Source: Azolla caroliniana
Taxonomy: Eukaryota > Plantae > Polypodiophyta
Length of the DNA: 44,003 nt
NCBI GenBank assembly: GCA_043228905.1
Contig: JBHGNT010000258.1
Span: forward strand, 1-44,003
Direction: 5' to 3'
Both the position numbers and the translations under genes were made by a program. The notes below the pieces were generated by a model. It did no database searches. It was not told where the DNA came from and was given only the letters and a program-made list of their open reading frames with translations. Of this stretch, positions 38,950 through 44,003 are shown piece by piece. Every line of letters starts with the position of its first letter. Positions within the stretch are counted from its first letter, which is position 1.

Positions 38950-41157
38950 ATGATCCATGGCACCTCCGCTCGCCTCCCTCAGCACTCACCAGATCTCTCT
39001 TCCCATACCAGCAGCGGCGATGGTGTAGCTAAACCCCCGCCTCTACCCCACAGTACAAGTAATAAGCGCAGGCTGTTGCAGAGCTTCTGGTCCTCGGCCG
39101 TCCAGTCTTCACAAACTCCACATCGCCTGCTTCTTCTTCTATTCATTCTCTCTGCTCAGATACTCTTCATCGCCATCATAAGGTTAGGACCCTCTGCCAC
39201 GAGCTATTATTCTTCTCTTTACTTTACCAGCTCCAAAGGCTATGCCTCTGCCATCCATGTGGATCCTGCGGAGCTGGATTCGAAACCGTCATATGTCATT
39301 AGTAGCTCTCCCAGTGCTGCTGATACATTGCGTCTTCAGAAAAAACTCTCTGCACAAGTCGAAGAAAAGAAGACCATAAAGAAAGAGGTAAACAATGTAG
39401 CTAGTAACAACACCACGAACAACCACAGAGATTCTACTGCTATGGAGGAGAGCAAGAGTACACCTGATACTTTGCTTGAGGATAATCAATGGAATGTGGA
39501 GGAGAACCAATCTTTAAAGAGTCGAGAAGATCAGGAACAATCTATAAGGATTCAAGACGATGAGGATCAATCTATAAGTAGTATGGAAGATCAGGAACAA
39601 TCGATAAGGAGTACAGAAGATCAGGAACAATCGATAAGGAGTACAGAAGATCAGGAACAATCTATAAGGAGTACTGAAGATCAGGAACAATCGATAAGGA
39701 GTACAGAAGATCAGGAACAATCTATAAGGAGTACTGAAGAACAGGAACGATCGATAAGGAGTACAGAAGATCAGGAACAATCTATAAGGAGTACTGAAGA
39801 TCAGGAACAATCGATAAGGAGTACAGAAGATCAGGAACAATCTATAAGGAGTACTGAAGATCAGGAACAATCTATAAGGAGTACAGAAGATCAAGAACAA
39901 TCCAGAACATCATCACCACCACAATTGTCGTCGTCTTCTTCATCATCATTATCATCATCTGATAAATGTAGAGATGGTTATATCTATGTATATGAATTGC
40001 CTGCTATGTTCAACCATGATATTGTAGCCAATTGTAGTGGGCTCAGCCCATGGGCGGACCTTTGCCCGACCATAGCCAATGGAGGCTTAGGCCAGAGCAT
40101 CGGAGAATCTTCACCCCTCGGACAAATTGGGTCATGGTATGAATCCGATCAATTCACGTCCGAGCTGCTCTTCCACAATCGGATATTGCAACACCCTTGC
40201 CTCACCAATGACCAAGGGCTTGCATCTGGTTTTTATGTCCCTTTCTATGCAGGCCTAGACGTGGGTCGATACTTATGGGGGTATTGGTCTGCGGAGAAGC
40301 GGGATAGCCTAAGCAGCCAATTATTGGAATGGTTAAGTCAGCAAGAGAGCTGGAGAAAGAGTGGAGGTTGGAACCATTTCATGATGGTCGGACGAATAAC
40401 ATGGGACTTCCGAAGATCGAAATACGAAGATTGGGGTAGTGGGTTCTTCCATCATCCTTTGATACAGAATATGACTAGGCTTCTCATTGAAAGGAATCCT
40501 TGGGATTATCAAGAGATGGCGGTACCTTATCCGACAAATTTTCATCCGCAAAGCGATTCTGATTTGAGAGCATGGCAAGATCATATCCGACGCCATAAAA
40601 GAACTACCCTCTTCTCTTTCGCTGGGGCCCCAAGAAGCCGATTCCCCAATGATTTTCGTGGAATTCTATTAAACCAATGCAAGAAGGCCAAGGTCGGATC
40701 GTGCCGATACATAGATTGCTCAAACCGCACATGTGAAGACAACCAAAAGTCATTAGAGTTATTCATGGACTCCAAGTTCTGTCTTCAACCGCGAGGCGAT
40801 AGCTTCACGAGACGATCCACTTTCGAGTGCTTATTAGCTGGATCCATCCCCGTCTTCTTCTGGCATAGGAGTGCCTATTTACAATACAAATGGCACCTAC
40901 CTGAAGACGAAACTAGTTATTCAGTCTTCATTTCCAAGGATGAAATGCGGAACGGCACAAAAATCAGATCAGTTCTCAAGTCTCTTTCGCCCGAGAAGGT
41001 TCGAGCGATGCGTGAAGTGGTGATTGGGATGGTACCGAGAATAGTGTATGCTCTTTCTGGTTTCTCATTGAAAGAAGAGAAGGATGCCTTTGATGTTGCC
41101 ATTGATGGTGTGATGAGGAAGTTTAAAAGAGACCTTGGCTTGAGTGTAGAGAGATGA
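38950..41157 (+). CDS. XLT2: GT47/exostosin-family glycosyltransferase, xyloglucan galactosyltransferase XLT2/MUR3-like, intronless, 735 aa
   Basis: Type II membrane layout: TM segment LLLLLFILSAQILFIAII, long stem, then catalytic domain. Catalytic motifs: CRDGYIYVYELP, DQFTSELLFHNRI, FYVPFYAGL, HFMMVGRITWDFRR, PYPTNFHP, FCLQPRGDSFTRRS, GSIPVFFW. The subclade call (XLT2 vs MUR3/other GT47-A) is from motif recall and is less certain than the family call. Confidence 0.88.
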   Translation: MIHGTSARLPQHSPDLSSHTSSGDGVAKPPPLPHSTSNKRRLLQSFWSSAVQSSQTPHRLLLLLFILSAQILFIAIIRLGPSATSYYSSLYFTSSKGYASAIHVDPAELDSKPSYVISSSPSAADTLRLQKKLSAQVEEKKTIKKEVNNVASNNTTNNHRDSTAMEESKSTPDTLLEDNQWNVEENQSLKSREDQEQSIRIQDDEDQSISSMEDQEQSIRSTEDQEQSIRSTEDQEQSIRSTEDQEQSIRSTEDQEQSIRSTEEQERSIRSTEDQEQSIRSTEDQEQSIRSTEDQEQSIRSTEDQEQSIRSTEDQEQSRTSSPPQLSSSSSSSLSSSDKCRDGYIYVYELPAMFNHDIVANCSGLSPWADLCPTIANGGLGQSIGESSPLGQIGSWYESDQFTSELLFHNRILQHPCLTNDQGLASGFYVPFYAGLDVGRYLWGYWSAEKRDSLSSQLLEWLSQQESWRKSGGWNHFMMVGRITWDFRRSKYEDWGSGFFHHPLIQNMTRLLIERNPWDYQEMAVPYPTNFHPQSDSDLRAWQDHIRRHKRTTLFSFAGAPRSRFPNDFRGILLNQCKKAKVGSCRYIDCSNRTCEDNQKSLELFMDSKFCLQPRGDSFTRRSTFECLLAGSIPVFFWHRSAYLQYKWHLPEDETSYSVFISKDEMRNGTKIRSVLKSLSPEKVRAMREVVIGMVPRIVYALSGFSLKEEKDAFDVAIDGVMRKFKRDLGLSVER
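39520..39906 (+). repeat. Coding minisatellite, ~13 x 30 bp encoding (STEDQEQSIR)n
   Basis: AGTACAGAAGATCAGGAACAATCGATAAGG repeats with a 30-bp period, in frame within the GT47 stem. The first three units are degenerate. Confidence 0.97.
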
Positions 41158-42149
41158 GGAGAAAAGGAAGTGATGATGAGCAGTTGTAATGTAAACAATG
41201 TATGGCCAATATTTTACTAGATTTTCTTGAATTGTTGTGTTGGATGGTATATATATGTATGTAACAAAAAGAGATACGACTAATGACATGATTCTTTTTT
41301 CTTCTTGGAACTGCCTCTTAAGTTTAAGGTTAATGCAAATACTAATTTGTCCAAAGTAAAATATGGGTTTAAATGCATATCCCAATTTCTCCTAGTAAAA
41401 AAGATGTTTAGAGAAACATTATTTAAGGGCTGATTATGGTAAAGAAAGATAGATGAGTTAAAAGAAGGGCTCAAATGGAAAGGATTTAAAGGAGCCCACA
41501 AGTGTGTATGTATGTATGTCTGAATGTATTATTAGATCTCTTTGAAGTCCCATAAAAGGAAACCAGCTAGTGAACATTACATGCTAACATATCTGCCTTT
41601 AATACACTATTCATCTTTAGGCTTGATTCCAATCTAATGAAAGGAAATGATCTTGTGTATGTATGCGCGTCATTGTGTTGTCACGACTCATGCGCACACA
41701 CTTTAGTGTTGGTTTGATCGATCCATCAATCACGAAGGGGAAAACACTTTTTCCATCCTTGTAATTGTGTCTACATAAGCGGAAGAATTTATTATTGTGT
41801 ACATTGTGTTTCATGTTCTCACCTTGGATAGCCCTCAATTTTACAATTCTTTTACTTTGTCAAAGTCTCCATCACACTCATGAAAATTCGATCTTCTTGT
41901 TTTTGACATCTCGTGTCAGGATTCATTTTTTTACTTGAGGGTTGAGAGTCATTATAAGTTTTCGTCAAAGTTTCTCCTAATCTATTTCATTCGTCATGCT
42001 AATGATCACATTCTTTCATTTTTGCCACAACTAGAAATCCAAAAACCTTTTCCTTGGGAAAACCTCAAGATTTGTTTTACCCTCAATCTTTGACGGTCCC
42101 TTTGGTTTCTAGTGAGGTAATCACATATGGTAATAAGGAGGAAAGAGTA

Positions 42150-42460
42150 ATCAAATTTAGAGGCATGGAAAGGCTCAAATATATTTGGTAGTGTCCATAG
42201 TAAATGGGAACAAACTTACATTGTTGCTTAGTCTACCTAACTTTACAATGTCACAAAAATAACTAATCAATCTTTTATCAAAGTAGAGTTCTCTCTCTCC
42301 AACCTAAAGCCATAGTCGAGCATTTTCTATTGTGTTGGTGCTTGAAATAAAAATGTTCAATCTTGAGTATCAATTTCTCTTTCTTTCTCGTAGATCACAA
42401 TCGGTCTCCTTAGAATGTTACAAATATCTAATTATCTATCCATCTATCTATCTATCTATC
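42150..42460 (+). mobile_element. Possible old LINE 3' end with (ATCT)n tail
   Basis: An EYQFL-like remnant, then an imperfect hairpin AGATCA-CAAT-CGGTCT (42392-42407), then (ATCT)n. Confidence 0.35.
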
Positions 42461-43591
42461 AAACAATTGCCTTTGGTATCTTTTTCATGCTAGAGAGACA
42501 ATGTTCATCTACATGTCATGTAACATATTTTTTGGCCCTCAATATGATGCCTCCTACATAGCAAGATAACAACGTCCACTCATTTGAAAGATGAGAATCC
42601 TTCTAAAAAGATTCTTTTGTGGATGATTAGCAAGTTGCGTTACAACCATTTGATCACTACCTCTCAATCGAATTCAATGAATGCCCTCTTTTGATGAAGA
42701 AGCAAGTTTTAATGCTAATGACAAGGGATTGGAAAAGTATGACACAAAGGAAAGCTGGTCCAATTTGCTCTTCTTTATCCCTATGAAGTATGGGAGCATA
42801 GGAGGCATACTCCTAGCCGGAAATGTCCAATCATAGTTAAAGAAACATGAGATTCAACCAATCATGTACAAAGCCACCCGCAAGTATAAATAAATGTATT
42901 TGACTATGATGATTGCTAATGGATATGTCATTCCTTCATTACGAACAATATGATTGAGACTTGTTGATTGCCCATATTGATTCAAGATCATTATGTACAC
43001 TCATAATACTTGGAGCTTAGATGGTCATGCTTGCAATTTCTACCTAGAGTCCCAACAAATATTGGTAATGTTCATATAGCATGATGGTTTGAGTGTACAA
43101 CAAGAGATAATGTCACTTTTACATGGGCTTGTGTGATAGAAGAGGTGGTTTTCACCTATTCGTGGACAAGGGGAAAAGTAAATTAAGTTTTTCCTCTGAC
43201 TTTTTATTAGAATCTAGTACCATTGGATGTACACATACCTTTAGTATTTTAATCTTTGGTTGGTACTTCAATCATGAAATATAATTGATTAGATATTTTT
43301 TGGAACCTAATCAAATTCTTGATTAAACTAATTAAACCGAGCATAGAGTAATTAGTGTTAATGAAAGGCTAATTAATTAATATAAAAGTATTCGTAGTGA
43401 AGAAAGTGATATAAAATAAAAACTGTAATACATGCCCATGGTATGTTTAATAGTATTAAATTATGCCCTTGGTAGTATTAAATTCATTTTTGTCCCAAAA
43501 TTATCTTTATAAGCAAAGCATATACATAGTCTTGGACCTTAGCTGGGTCAGGCAGACCTCTGAAAAATTCATTCACAAAATGATGTGGCAA

Positions 43592-43720
43592 GTTCGTTAT
43601 CCTTGTCTTGCCTCTTTTCCTGAATTATGTTGAAGTGTTACATCATATATGTATGTCCTCTTTTCCTGAATTACGTTGAAGTATTATATGTATGTTCGTT
43701 ATTCTTCTCTTGCCTCTTCC
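43592..43720. repeat. Short interleaved duplications
   Basis: CCTCTTTTCCTGAATTA.GTTGAAGT twice and GTTCGTTAT.CTT.TCTTGCCTCTT twice. Confidence 0.75.
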
Positions 43721-44003
43721 CAAACTTAATTTGGGCATATATTATTATATGTTTTGCAAGGACCATAACGTTTGTGACAAACTTTGACAAATAAGATACT
43801 ATCAAAGGTTAATAGCTTCGTGACCTTCACTTAACCAAATGAGATAAACCACAATAAACGGAATGACAGTGTCAAGTAAGCAAAACATCTAGTGAGAATG
43901 TGTTTTGATCGGACCGACTCACTCGAATAGGTGAAACAACATAGAGCTAAAAGAAGTCTAAATTTGAGAGACATTGAATATCAATAGTAATTGTCGGGTC
44001 CGA

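Noticed and set aside
38373-38989. Several overlapping ORFs upstream of the GT47 gene
   Set aside because: Low-complexity CT/CTT-rich leader sequence with no recognisable domain.
39514-39900. Antisense ORF (TPYRLFLIFC)n
   Set aside because: It is simply the reverse-strand reading of the 30-bp coding repeat.

Overview
AT-rich, intron-containing land-plant nuclear DNA; a fern or other seed-free plant is my inference from the repeat families, not something the sequence proves. There are three intact protein genes. (1) An 18-exon F-box/LRR gene of the FBL15/SLOMO type (+, 5123-14348), with two predicted GC-AG introns. (2) A 6-exon P1B-1 copper-transporting ATPase of the HMA5 type (-, 18816-25299). 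(3) An intronless GT47/exostosin xyloglucan galactosyltransferase, XLT2-like (+, 38950-41157), with a 13 x 30-bp coding repeat in its stem region. Between the first two genes lie two identical tRNA-Gln(CUG) genes (-) abutting a near-perfect 4 x 165-bp tandem array. The interval 25.4-36 kb is a retroelement graveyard: several 5'-truncated non-LTR retrotransposons (RTE-X/L2-like), an L1-like remnant, and a non-coding LTR element with an internal tandem array and an inverted LTR segment, nested inside a LINE. I cannot demonstrate a wholly new biological system. The best leads are a covarying 3' stem-loop shared by different LINE families, apparent (CT)n association of one LINE family, the rearranged LTR element, a tRNA that may read through into a hairpin-rich array, and the GT47 repeat stalk. 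All exon boundaries were inferred by eye.
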